NCBI GenBank assembly: GCA_963793425.1
Contig: CAWCAG010000007.1
Coordinates: 1-64,000, forward strand
Length of the DNA: 64,000 nt
Direction of reading: 5' to 3'
From: an uncultured cyanobacterium
GTDB lineage: Bacteria > Cyanobacteriota > Cyanobacteriia > Cyanobacteriales > CAWCAG01
Below the pieces are notes generated by a model that was not told where the DNA came from, made no database searches, and worked only from the letters and a program-made list of their open reading frames with translations. Each line of letters opens with the position of its first letter. Positions within the stretch are counted from its first letter, which is position 1. The position numbers and the translations under genes were made by a program. Shown one piece after another: positions 49,805 through 60,292 of this stretch.

Positions 49805-51466
49805 CTACTTAATTATTGGTAACGTAACCGTAACTGTCGTACCTTGATTTTTTCCTGAACTAGCTATCTTGATACTACCTCCCATCAAAGTAATTAATTT
49901 GTGAGCGATAGATAGTCCTACTCCATTTCCTGCATAGCTGCGGGTTGTTGAACCATCTGCCATAACAAAAGGCTCAAATATTTTTTTGACCTTTTCCGGT
50001 TCGATGCCGATACCTGTGTCTTGGATAGTGGCTAAAGCTAGAGGATTTTTGCCACAATCTGTATGATCCTGAATTTGTATTTTAGTACTAATGGTAATAC
50101 TGCCACTTGCAGTAAATTTAATAGCGTTATCAAGAATATTAAAAAAGACTTGCTTTAGTTTCCTAAAGTTGGCTTTCACCTTAATTGGTTCTAGAGACAA
50201 ATTAACATTAAACTGAAGATTTTTTTGCTGTATTCGAGGCTGCTTTAAAGAAATAGCTTCTTGCAAACAATTACCTAAATCTATTTCCTGTAAATCTAAA
50301 GAAAGTTGTCCGGCCTCAAGGACAGATAAATCTAAAACATCATCAATTAAACTAATTAAATGTAAAGCAGAATTATTAGCTTCCTGGATTAATTCTTGCT
50401 GTTCCTCTTCATCATCATACAAATCATCTTTTAGTATTTGCAGACAACCAGTAATACCATTGAGTGGAGTGCGTAATTCGTGGGAAATATTTTTCAAGAA
50501 CTCATCTTTAAGCTGATTCATTTCTCGCAATGCGAAATTTTTAGCTTCTAGTTGGTTAGTGAAATTGCGTCTTTCTACTTCTATTTGTTTACGTTCAGTT
50601 ATATCTTGAAAAGCAATGATGGCATGACTAATATTACCTGCCAAATCTAAAATTGGTGTTCCCCATACTTCTAAGGGAATAACCTTGCCATCGCGATGAA
50701 TTTCCATGTTATCAACACTACAGCTTTCTCCCTTTAAGGCCCGTATGCTAGGGCTTTGCCATTGAGGATAAGCCAAGTTAGTTCCTGCTAAATAAATGGA
50801 AGTATTAACATCATCTGCTCTCATCTGAGAAGTTTGTTGAAACTTACAGAAAATTTGACAATTACCAAATAAATCTTTTGCTCTTTGATTGCAATAATAA
50901 GTGTTACCATTTCCTTCTAGCACTGCAACTCCTACAGGCATAGCATCTAAAAAAGCCACCATTCTTCTTAAGCTTTCCCGCTCTGCTTGGGTTTTTAGTT
51001 CTAGCATTGCCCAGTGAGTTTCTAGCAAGCGTTGTACTCGCCGACGCAAGACTTGCCATTGTATAGGTTTGGCAATGAAATCTATGGCTCCCACTTCAAA
51101 AGCTCTGTGTACTGATTCCCGGTCATCAAGGGCGGTTACCATTAATACAGGAGGACAATCTTCACCATAAAGCGTATGTAGCTTGGCACAGCAGGTAAAA
51201 CCGTCCATTCCTGGCATCAACCCATCTAACAAGACCATATCCGGTTTTGCTGTAGGAAAAATTTCTAAACAGGCTTCTCCACTATCTGCTTCAAGTACAG
51301 TATAACCCTCCTGCTCCAAAGATTTACGGGAGAGCTGTCTGGTCATTCGATGGTCATCCACCACCAAAATAACCGCAGGCTTTTGCAAAAAGTTTAAACC
51401 TCTTATCTTTTCCACAGAAAAATATCTATTCCCGGAATACAATTGTGAGTGTTTGGGCTTTATCAA
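49805..51466 (-). CDS. Hybrid receiver-PAS-histidine kinase
   Basis: VVDD, LLDGLMPGMDG, PAS (FQDITERK), SHELRTPL, DTGIG; start uncertain. Confidence 0.92.
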   Translation of the reverse strand: MIKPKHSQLYSGNRYFSVEKIRGLNFLQKPAVILVVDDHRMTRQLSRKSLEQEGYTVLEADSGEACLEIFPTAKPDMVLLDGLMPGMDGFTCCAKLHTLYGEDCPPVLMVTALDDRESVHRAFEVGAIDFIAKPIQWQVLRRRVQRLLETHWAMLELKTQAERESLRRMVAFLDAMPVGVAVLEGNGNTYYCNQRAKDLFGNCQIFCKFQQTSQMRADDVNTSIYLAGTNLAYPQWQSPSIRALKGESCSVDNMEIHRDGKVIPLEVWGTPILDLAGNISHAIIAFQDITERKQIEVERRNFTNQLEAKNFALREMNQLKDEFLKNISHELRTPLNGITGCLQILKDDLYDDEEEQQELIQEANNSALHLISLIDDVLDLSVLEAGQLSLDLQEIDLGNCLQEAISLKQPRIQQKNLQFNVNLSLEPIKVKANFRKLKQVFFNILDNAIKFTASGSITISTKIQIQDHTDCGKNPLALATIQDTGIGIEPEKVKKIFEPFVMADGSTTRSYAGNGVGLSIAHKLITLMGGSIKIASSGKNQGTTVTVTLPIIK

Positions 51467-51687
51467 ATCAATAAATTACCAGACATTGAATATTTTAGTG
51501 ACTTTATCATCAAAATGCTCAAATATTTTTATATCATAAAACAATGAATAATTAAGCTAATTCTCTATCAGTATCAAGTCTATTGTAGATCAATAATAAA
51601 TAAGAAATTAAGAGTCACATAAATATATTAAGTATACTCGTTTACAGTTACTCAAATACTTTCTGTTTATGTATTTAGGGCTACAGT

Positions 51688-52590
51688 CTAAGCCACCTCT
51701 TTTTGCTTTTGACCGATTAAATTTAGTTTAGCGACTTGGGGTGGAAAGTTTCTTTTGCTTGTTGAACAGGCAGTAGAATAATTTTGCTTCAACTCCCAAA
51801 CTTTGAGAGTAATCACAAACTCGTAGAAGGCTTGCAATACACACCAAGTAAACCCAACCCTACCATCTAACATTCCCCCCAGGAAGAAATACATATAAAT
51901 AAAACGGAATAAAGGACGGCAAGGCAAACGTAAAGACAAATTTTTAAGAGCGCGTCGTCTTTCAACTTCAGTATTCCCAAAAAACAAAGCTTGCCAATTA
52001 ATACTGCCTGATTTTAATTGTTGCAAAGTTTCTGTAGCTTCATCAGTAGAGTAACGGTTATGTTTATCTAGCCAGCGGCTTAAACCTTTACCACAAGTAA
52101 AATGGGGATAAGTCTCTTTTAAAAAGCCTGTAGAACCTTGGCATACTTCTCTTTCTGCATGGCCATAATCATTGAATGAAACAGCATCTTTTCTCAACAA
52201 GCGCATTTGGTAACGAGGATATTGAGTGCTGTGGCGAATCCAATGTCCCATAAACATCACTTTTTCAGCAACATAATAACCAATATGTTGAGGCTTTTTG
52301 ATGGTGGCTAGACATTCTTGAAATAGTTCTGGGGTCATCCTTTCATCAGCTTCTAAAATATAAGCCCATTTATATTTAGTAGGAATATTTCTTAGCATCC
52401 AACTGCGCTGTTTACCATGACTTTCAAAGCGATGTTGAGCAATACGGACAGGATATTCTGTAGCAATTCTGATAGTATTATCCGTACTGAAAGAGTCTAC
52501 TACTATGACATCATCGCTGTATAAAGCTGATTCTATACAAGCAGCAATATCTAATTCTTCGTTATGGGTGAGGATGTAAATAGAGAACAT
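51688..52590 (-). CDS. Glycosyltransferase family 2
   Basis: ILTHNEE, VVDSFSTD, EADE. Confidence 0.9.
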   Translation of the reverse strand: MFSIYILTHNEELDIAACIESALYSDDVIVVDSFSTDNTIRIATEYPVRIAQHRFESHGKQRSWMLRNIPTKYKWAYILEADERMTPELFQECLATIKKPQHIGYYVAEKVMFMGHWIRHSTQYPRYQMRLLRKDAVSFNDYGHAEREVCQGSTGFLKETYPHFTCGKGLSRWLDKHNRYSTDEATETLQQLKSGSINWQALFFGNTEVERRRALKNLSLRLPCRPLFRFIYMYFFLGGMLDGRVGFTWCVLQAFYEFVITLKVWELKQNYSTACSTSKRNFPPQVAKLNLIGQKQKEVA

Positions 52591-52880
52591 TAGTTAAACC
52601 TGGGAAGCAATTTGTCGAGTTATTCTGGATTTGGTTAACTTCCAAGTTAAGCTAAATGGTTCCTCAGTAATATTTTTTTTTGGTAAAAAATTCCTCTAGT
52701 TTTACGAAGATTCTATGAAGTTGAAAAATAATCATCAAAGCCTTGATTTAGTTGCGATCAAGACTCTATTTGCTAATGCTCATGAGAAAGGAGAGAAACA
52801 GCATTATCACTTGTTTCCCTCCTGAAAGTCTTTGTGAGCGTAATTATTAAGCAGGCTGTCAGGACTAAATAATCAATAAA

Positions 52881-53093
52881 TTAAGCTTCGTCATAAGCTT
52901 CAATATCTAGTAAATGAAGATAAGGCTTAGCTAATTCAGTACGTTGAAAAGCAATAGCCCGCAAAAGATGCCAATCTGACAAAGCTTCAAAAGGACTAGA
53001 ATACTCGTCTTTTTCTAAACGTTTAGCCAAATTTGCCACCTCATCTGATGTTAAAGCAGAAATTTTTTGTTTGGAAATACTTAGTGTTGTCAT
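52881..53093 (-). CDS. isiD: IsiD / DUF2555 family protein
   Basis: LAKRLEKDEYSSPFEALSDWHLLRAIAFQR..PYLHLLDIEAYDE. Confidence 0.8.
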   Translation of the reverse strand: MTTLSISKQKISALTSDEVANLAKRLEKDEYSSPFEALSDWHLLRAIAFQRTELAKPYLHLLDIEAYDEA

Positions 53094-53226
53094 TACCTTA
53101 CTTCCCCAAGATACTTAAGTACCAAATATAGTTTAACTCCCTCAAGGACAATTTATTCTTTAATTTATTTATCTGCTCCATCTCGGATAAAATTGAGCAT
53201 GATATGCAAGCAATATATACATTCAG

Positions 53227-54192
53227 ATGCGAATATTAGCTCTTGTTCCCGGCGGAATTGGCGATCAAATTCTGTTCTTCCCAACTCTTGCTGACCTCAA
53301 GCAGCACTATGAAGATGCCACCATTGATGTCATGGTGGAACTTCGCGCAAAAAGTGCTTACAGAGTTTGTCAATCTGTCCATGAGGTACTTACTTTTAAT
53401 TTTCCCGACCGCAATGGCATGGCAGACTATCTCAACCTCTTGGGAGTTGTCCGCGATCGCGAATACGATATTGCTATTTCTGTTGGTAATAATTGGACTG
53501 TGGGTTTACTACTTTGGCTTAATGGTATTCCTGTGCGAGTTGGCTACCAGGTTTCTAATTCTTGGTTTTTAACTAGTGCTGTACCTTTAAAAACAGAACA
53601 GTACGCCGCTTATAGATACCACGATCTTCTTCAAGGTTTGGGTATTCATACCCCTTGTCCTCAACCTCAAGTCAATGTCCCTAAACAAGATATTGCTTGG
53701 GCTGAAGAAGAACAAAAATCTTTAGGCATTGCTGAAAGTGGCTACATCCTACTCTATAGTGAGGCGAGTAAAATTTCTCCATCTAAGGGAATTAACAAAA
53801 TTTATCCTGTGACAAAATGGCAGCAAGTCGTTGAGGATATTCATACCAAACAGCCTGAATTACCTATTGTTCTTTTACAAAGTCCAGATGACGACGAAGA
53901 ATGGCTAGCAATGATGAAACAAGCTTGTCCAAACCTCAAGGTGATTGTGCCAGGAGATATTGGTAAGCTAGCAGCAACTATTGCTGGGGCTAATTTGATG
54001 TTGTGTACCGATAGCGCCCCTTTGTATTTATCCTTAGCTGTGGGAACCTATACTATTGCTCTTTTTGGTCTTACAGAAGCTAAAAAGCGCCTCCCTCCTA
54101 ATAGTGAAAGTTGTGTAGGTATTCAATCTCCTACTCAGGCGATCGCAGATATTGAACCCCAAAAAATTCTTGAACAAATGTGGCGGAGTTAA
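53227..54192 (+). CDS. Glycosyltransferase family 9 (heptosyltransferase-like)
   Basis: GGIGDQIL, CTDSAPLYL, IALFG. Confidence 0.9.
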   Translation: MRILALVPGGIGDQILFFPTLADLKQHYEDATIDVMVELRAKSAYRVCQSVHEVLTFNFPDRNGMADYLNLLGVVRDREYDIAISVGNNWTVGLLLWLNGIPVRVGYQVSNSWFLTSAVPLKTEQYAAYRYHDLLQGLGIHTPCPQPQVNVPKQDIAWAEEEQKSLGIAESGYILLYSEASKISPSKGINKIYPVTKWQQVVEDIHTKQPELPIVLLQSPDDDEEWLAMMKQACPNLKVIVPGDIGKLAATIAGANLMLCTDSAPLYLSLAVGTYTIALFGLTEAKKRLPPNSESCVGIQSPTQAIADIEPQKILEQMWRS

Positions 54193-54249
54193 AAGGAAAG
54201 TTTTTTCTTGCGGTGAAGCCTTCAAGGTTATTGAGGGCTTCATCAGCAC

Positions 54250-55116
54250 TTACCTCTTTTGAGGAAAATGGTAAACTAGCGACTCTATCATTGACAAACT
54301 TCCCCAGTATTGTCCTTGGGGTTTCTTAATAAGGTATTTCCACTGCTCTTTTTCAAGAACTTTAGATTCTGAGTACAAATAGTCTATTAAACGCGGTTTA
54401 GCAATAGTTTGCCATGCTCCTTGAGTTAGCATTTGATTTGTTTCATCTAAGCGTAACCAACAAACCTTAACTGTATCAGATAAATAGACCATACCATTGT
54501 GAGCAACGAGGGATGCTAGGTGATTAAGAAATTGTTCTTCGAGTTTCCTAACGAATTGCCACAGAGGCTTTCGCCATTCTGGATCTGAAGTGAGGGCAGA
54601 TAGAGATTGAGGGAAATGGTGTAAGAAAATAGATTCTATTTCTTGTCGCACCAAGGCTGATATTCGGGTAAGCATTCCTGAACAAACAATCAGGTTATAT
54701 TTTGGTTCAGGTGTTGGTTTACAGAAATGCAGTGGTGTGGAGATTAGTAGTTGCCCCAAAGCTTGTAAACAGGATGAAGGATTCTGGGCAACGGCAGCTA
54801 TTTCTTCAGCTTGTGGTGTAATAGTTGCCAGGATGCAAGTTAAATCTTCCTGGTAAAAAGTGTAAGTATGATTGCCCAAAGAACGCTTCCGAGAGATTAA
54901 TTCTACAATCCCTGCATCCTTTTCTACAAGATCAACTTGAATAAATCTCCTACCCAAAATATCCAGGGGAACTTCTTCACATCCGCTACTACTCAAAACC
55001 AAGGCACGCCCTGTCCCTGCCATTTTAGTAGCATACTGAATTAAATCTTTGCTATTTTGCAGATGAGCTTGGGCATTTCTTTCCACAAAGGAGAGTGATT
55101 TTTCTAATTCAGTCAT
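54250..55116 (-). CDS. Hypothetical protein, class I SAM-methyltransferase-like
   Basis: ALVLSSSGCEE (degenerate motif I), VDLVE, QEDLT, YNLIVCS, GMVYLSD. Confidence 0.6.
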   Translation of the reverse strand: MTELEKSLSFVERNAQAHLQNSKDLIQYATKMAGTGRALVLSSSGCEEVPLDILGRRFIQVDLVEKDAGIVELISRKRSLGNHTYTFYQEDLTCILATITPQAEEIAAVAQNPSSCLQALGQLLISTPLHFCKPTPEPKYNLIVCSGMLTRISALVRQEIESIFLHHFPQSLSALTSDPEWRKPLWQFVRKLEEQFLNHLASLVAHNGMVYLSDTVKVCWLRLDETNQMLTQGAWQTIAKPRLIDYLYSESKVLEKEQWKYLIKKPQGQYWGSLSMIESLVYHFPQKR

Positions 55117-55137
55117 TAATTACAAATCCTTTGTGGG

Positions 55138-56274
55138 TTAACTATCAAGGAGTACGTAACCTAGGGGTTGGGCAAATATTTCTTCTTGATTGTCTTTATT
55201 GATCACCATCCAGTTACCTCTTTCTGGTAGGTTTTCTGTATTAGTTTGTTCATAGTACATAATGATAGCTTCGGGAGTTGGTTCAACTAACAACAGTTTT
55301 GATTCTTCTTTTGCTGTTTCTTGTTGCTGATGTTGTTCTAGCAATTCATCAATATCCCCAAACATCCCGTTTAAGTATGATTCCAGGATTTCTCTTCCTT
55401 CAGAGTTAGGGCAAATTTTAATTGCTTCTAAGGCTTGTTCCCTTTCTTTTAATGCTGCCCAAATCAAAAAACTTTTGGTATCTATTTTGTCTAGAATTGC
55501 TTTGATTTCCTCTGCATGGGTAGCAATTTCTTCAGCCGTCTACCCAATCAAAAGTTGGTCACGCTCCGGGAATGTTCCAACTGCTAAACCATAGATCAAA
55601 GGTAAAGTTATTTTTCCCTGCTGCAAGTCTGTTATACTATCGGGATACCAAATCGATTCCATATCTTAAAGATTTGGAGAGCAAGTGCCAAGATGATAAC
55701 CAAAAATACCACAAGCTTGGATTAATTCAGGATTTCCTGTTCCTACCATTGCTCCAGTTGCACAAGCAGTGGCATAGAAAGCGGTAGTTTTTCTTTCGAT
55801 AGTTGACCAGTAATCTGCCACCGTCTTAGTTAATCCTGCTAAATCTCGATCCTGACCTGCGGCTATGGTAAAAAAAGTATCAATATAGGCTTGATTGATT
55901 TCTTTGAATAGTTGATGAGGAAAAGGCGCTTGGTTGAGTATCTGACAAGCTAAGTTATGGATCGCACAGGCAAAGTTCCACGCCCGCGCTGTTCCTACTT
56001 CTTCCCACAGTTGTTGAGGTCTATCCTGGTCTTCTAATTCATCAAGAATGCGCCAAGATGCCATAAAACTCACTAAAGCTGCGGCTACAGGAGTAGCATA
56101 AGCAAGGTTTCCTTCCACAGCTTGACAAGACGCTAAAGGTAGAATCGCTTCAGCTATCATCGGGTCAGTAAATTTTTTTAGCTGAACTTCTAATTGAGGC
56201 AATTCATAGGGAATTGAGTTTTTAATCAGTTCTCTAATTTCCGGATAGAGATCGTGGAGAGAGGTTATTTCCAT
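55138..56274 (-). pseudogene. Polyprenyl-synthetase-like (ComQ-like) prenyltransferase, interrupted by two in-frame stops
   Basis: ILDELED, GQDRDL, KT, GYHLG, DLQQGKITLP. ORFs 55666..56274 and 55138..55467 share a frame; stops at 55666 and 55540. Confidence 0.75.
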
Positions 56275-56316
56275 ACATTTATATTTACCACTTGAAAAGC
56301 TTAGCAGGGAAAATAG

Positions 56317-57450
56317 TTATGGATCTCTCCAGACAAACTCTCCTTTTTTATTGATATAGCCACAATTACTAACCCTAAGACAGGCCCGAGCTAATTCCCC
56401 TTGAAAAGGATCTCCATAATTAAATTTCATCGGAATAGCAATCTCCCCTATTTTATCAATGTAGCCCCAAAGATTTCCGTCTTTACTAACTCCAGCTAGT
56501 CCCTCTGAGAAGGGTTGTGTTTCTGCAAACTCTGCCTTTATAACCATTTCTCCTATTTTATCAATGTAACCCCACTTTCCTTCTGTAAGATACTGGGCCA
56601 TTGATGCTGGCACAGACCCTGTTTTCACTTGAGCTAACCCCTCGGAGAACTTTCTAACAACATAAAACTGAGGTTCAATAACTATTCTGCCTCTCTTGTC
56701 CATATAGCCACGTCCTTGATCTGTAACAATTGGAGCTAATCCTTCGTCAAAGCCTGAAGGAATCGATGTTATTTTTCTTGAAAAACGGAAAGCTGGTTTG
56801 CCTCGCTTATCAATAAAGCCAATCCAAGTCGGCGCTCCCTCCCTTCCATCTATAAGGGCTAACCCTTCTTGAAAATCTTCAGCTATGAATATTGTTGCTG
56901 GAATTACCATCTCACCAGCTTTATTGATGTAGCCCATATCACCCTGCTCTAGTTTGACAGCAGCTAAACCGTCAGAAAAGTTGCCAGAATAAACAGGGTC
57001 GAACTGTGGAGGAACCACTAGCCCACCAACTTTATTGATGTATCCTAACTTATCATCAATGATTATCCCGGCCATTCCTTCTGAGAAATTACGTACGCTA
57101 TCAAACTGGGGAGTAATGGCTATTTTGCCTGTGGTATCAATGTAACCCCATTTACCTTCAAGTTCTTGATTAAATGGTGCTAGTCCTCCAGAAAAACTTC
57201 TGACTTGGTAAAACTGAGGTTTAATAACTATCTCACCTGTTGCGTCAATATAACCCCACTGATCATCTACCTCAACAGGGTATAGCTCTAAGCTAGGTTC
57301 AGTTTCTGCTTTGTTCTCTACTGTACTACTGGATAGTGAAGTAGCTTGGGGTGAACTACAAGCGCTTAGAGTTGAGGCTACCAGAAAGCATGAGATAGCA
57401 ATCTTCAGAAAATACTTGAGTTGATAAAGATTGTGCATGAATGCCCTCAT
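56317..57450 (-). CDS. WG/KWG-repeat lipoprotein, candidate immunity protein
   Basis: Lipobox LSAC; about eight repeats of WGYIDxxGxxxIxPQF...FSEGLA. Confidence 0.88.
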   Translation of the reverse strand: MRAFMHNLYQLKYFLKIAISCFLVASTLSACSSPQATSLSSSTVENKAETEPSLELYPVEVDDQWGYIDATGEIVIKPQFYQVRSFSGGLAPFNQELEGKWGYIDTTGKIAITPQFDSVRNFSEGMAGIIIDDKLGYINKVGGLVVPPQFDPVYSGNFSDGLAAVKLEQGDMGYINKAGEMVIPATIFIAEDFQEGLALIDGREGAPTWIGFIDKRGKPAFRFSRKITSIPSGFDEGLAPIVTDQGRGYMDKRGRIVIEPQFYVVRKFSEGLAQVKTGSVPASMAQYLTEGKWGYIDKIGEMVIKAEFAETQPFSEGLAGVSKDGNLWGYIDKIGEIAIPMKFNYGDPFQGELARACLRVSNCGYINKKGEFVWRDP

Positions 57451-57500
57451 TATTACCGAAATAATATAATCTAAACCTTCACATACAGATTAGGATATAA

Positions 57501-59136
57501 CTACCCCCTGTTAGAATCGTCTACTCTCGCAACACTTCCTATATGTCCACTACCATGGCGTTTGTTAATTATGTGCCTAAAGACTTTGCGCCAATTACCC
57601 GTAACGCTTATACATCCTGCCGAATAGTCACCACGATGTACGTACTCATCACCTTGTGGACCGTCCTTAATCCTAAACCAGACATCGCTATATTTCCCAT
57701 ATGCAGAAGCATCGTTATGAGGATTATCTGGTATATTTACTGCATATGTAGTACCCTTTTTGATCATATCCACTCCGCTCGGAACCTCTATCTCCGCTTT
57801 CTCTTCACCGCCACCATACTGTAAAACTCCTCTACTAAGAATAGGTTTACCCTCTGCATCGGTTTTGACTGTCTCTTGCCAGAAAACCATATGAGCTGGG
57901 CCACCCCAACTCATAGGTTTGGCAACTCCTAGTTGCAGACGAACTATCTGATTTAGCTCGTCTCCTTCTGCTACCACCACATAATCACGATTGTACTGTT
58001 TTTTGTAATAGTTAACCTTCTGGCTATGAAATAAAGATACCCGATTTTCCTGTTTCTCACCCCCAGTGGTATCAAACCCTTGGATGAATCCTTGAGTCTG
58101 ATTGTGACTCAAAGCATCAATACCCAATCTTGTTCCTCTAGGAAAAGAAGGTGTTTGTTCCTGGTTGGGATCTTCTTCTGATCTGGGACGAACTTGCCTC
58201 CTTAAAGTCTTTGAATTATCTTTCTGATGTATAGCTGAAGAGCTAGCTGGCTCTAAAACTTGTCGTTGGGAAGCAGCAATCTTATCTATCGAATTTCCTT
58301 TCTTAAAATTCTCAATCTCCTGACGATAAATAGCAGGATCATGATTGCCATTACCTTTCAAAGATTGTAGATGAGTCAACACCTCACTCTTCGGCGTAGA
58401 AACTTCCTTCCTACTAACCTTATTCTGTTGACTCTTCTTTTGTACCCCAGCACCTCCTTGCTGCACCACATGGGTTAACTCATGGGCAATCAACTCCTGC
58501 CCACTCCCACTCTTAGGTGCATAAGCACCTTGACGGAAAAAGACATCTTTTCCTGTGGCAAAGGCTTTTGCTTGTAGGGAATGATTTAACTGATCTGCTT
58601 CAGGATTAGTATGTACTTTCACCCCACTAAAATCTGCCCCCATCGCTTCACCCATCTTCCCTTGTAAGTCTGGGGCTAAGGGCTGTCCACCACCTTTAGC
58701 AGAATTAATCTTGCTTTCTATCTCTGATGAAGCTGCTCCCCCTTTCCCTTCTCCTTTGAGTTGCAACTCTGGCTGACTAACTGCTTGACGCTGTATGTTG
58801 TTATTCCCTTCATTAGGAGTTTCTGGGGCAGAGGGAGCATTAATTTTCTGCACTACTTCTGCGGCTACAGAATCTGCTTCTTGTTCATATTTATCCCCAA
58901 CTTCTCCAATGTTTAACTTAGTTTGAATTGGTTGCTCTGGGGCAGATTTAGAGAAGTCAACCATATGGTCACCAAGGCGCTCTGCATTCGCCCGGCTAAT
59001 TGCCATTTCTTCTAAAGTCAGACCCTTTTTTTTGTTGCTGTACGGGAAGTTGTTGATGCTTTTTATGTAAATTTGAAGGTGATGAAGATTTGGCTGGTTG
59101 GAAAGTGGGCTTTTTGATGTGCTGATATTTTCCCAT
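57501..59136 (-). CDS. DUF4157 (eCIS-core) protein with Tlde1-like C-terminal domain; T8 indel at 59026-59033
   Basis: GDKYEQEAD, GADFSGVKVHT, AHELTHVVQQ; C-terminal HRGDYSAGCIS. ATG at 59136 is 1 nt out of frame with ORF 57501..59006. Confidence 0.88.
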
Positions 59137-59530
59137 GATTAGCCTTTAAGTAACTTCTGGAATATTGAGTTGCATTGGTAAGACGAAGATGATGATAAGA
59201 ATTATACCGACAAACTTTAGGTATTAGTTAATTTAATTTGAGAAACTTTAGACTGAAAGTTTCTATTCTTGATTTGCTGATTAAGACGATTTTCTTTAAG
59301 AATATGCTTGGCGATCGCAACTCTACAAAAATCAAACTTCATTTCTTAATATTAGAAACAAGATAAATAATTTAAAAGCATATTAATAAGTAGTCGTAGA
59401 TTGGGTTAGGCGTAAATAAACCTAGGGAGAAATCCGGCAATTACCTTTGTTGCCGCAACCCAACAAAACTTTTTGTTTTAACTCTTCTAGGTTGCCTATG
59501 ATTAATCATAGTTTCAACAGGAGGGCAATC

Positions 59531-60256
59531 TTATTCTGTTTCTTCTACCACAACCACAGTAATATTATCAGAACCACCTTCTTTTTTCGCTTCTTCAACT
59601 AAATCTTTAGCTATTTGTTCAGAAGAAGAATTAGTGATTAAATAAGAACCAATAACTTCATCTGATAACTCTTCTGTTAAACCATCGCTACACAGCAACA
59701 AGCGATCGCCTGGTTTAACTTCTAGGGTTTGAATTTCAATATGTTGTAAATCTTTGCGACCTAAACACTGGGATAAAACGTGTCTCCAGGGGTGGACTCT
59801 TGCTTGTTCGAGGGTCAAATCTCCTGCTTTGGTGGCCCTTGATACCCACGTATGATCTTCTGTAATTTGCTCTAATTGGGAGCCTCGCAGCCTATAAAGG
59901 CGGGAATCTCCTACATGGGCGCACCACGATTCTCCTTGACGAAAAATCATCACTACTGCTGTAGTTCCCATATCCCCCCTTTCTGGGTTACTTTGTTGAT
60001 CTGCAACAATAGCTAAATTAGCTCTTTCCAAAGCTTCATTCAATAACTTTGTTGAGGGTCTAGGGGACTCCCAATACTCTTCTAAATCTTCTTTTACCAC
60101 TTCTGTGGCAATATGACTAGCTTCCTGCCCGCCAGCGTGACCTCCCATACCGTCAGCGATAATAAAAAAGCGCCCCTCTGGATCTATGTAGTAATCATCC
60201 TGATTTACAGAGCGTACTAGTCCCGGATCACTTAGACCCGCGAAGCGTCGTTTCAT
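59531..60256 (-). CDS. PP2C-type Ser/Thr phosphatase
   Basis: RSVNQD, ADGMGGH, HVGDSR, LCSDGL, GGSDNIT. Confidence 0.95.
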   Translation of the reverse strand: MKRRFAGLSDPGLVRSVNQDDYYIDPEGRFFIIADGMGGHAGGQEASHIATEVVKEDLEEYWESPRPSTKLLNEALERANLAIVADQQSNPERGDMGTTAVVMIFRQGESWCAHVGDSRLYRLRGSQLEQITEDHTWVSRATKAGDLTLEQARVHPWRHVLSQCLGRKDLQHIEIQTLEVKPGDRLLLCSDGLTEELSDEVIGSYLITNSSSEQIAKDLVEEAKKEGGSDNITVVVVEETE

Positions 60257-60292
60257 ATGCTTGTTGCTTAAAATACAAATTTACTAGGGGAA

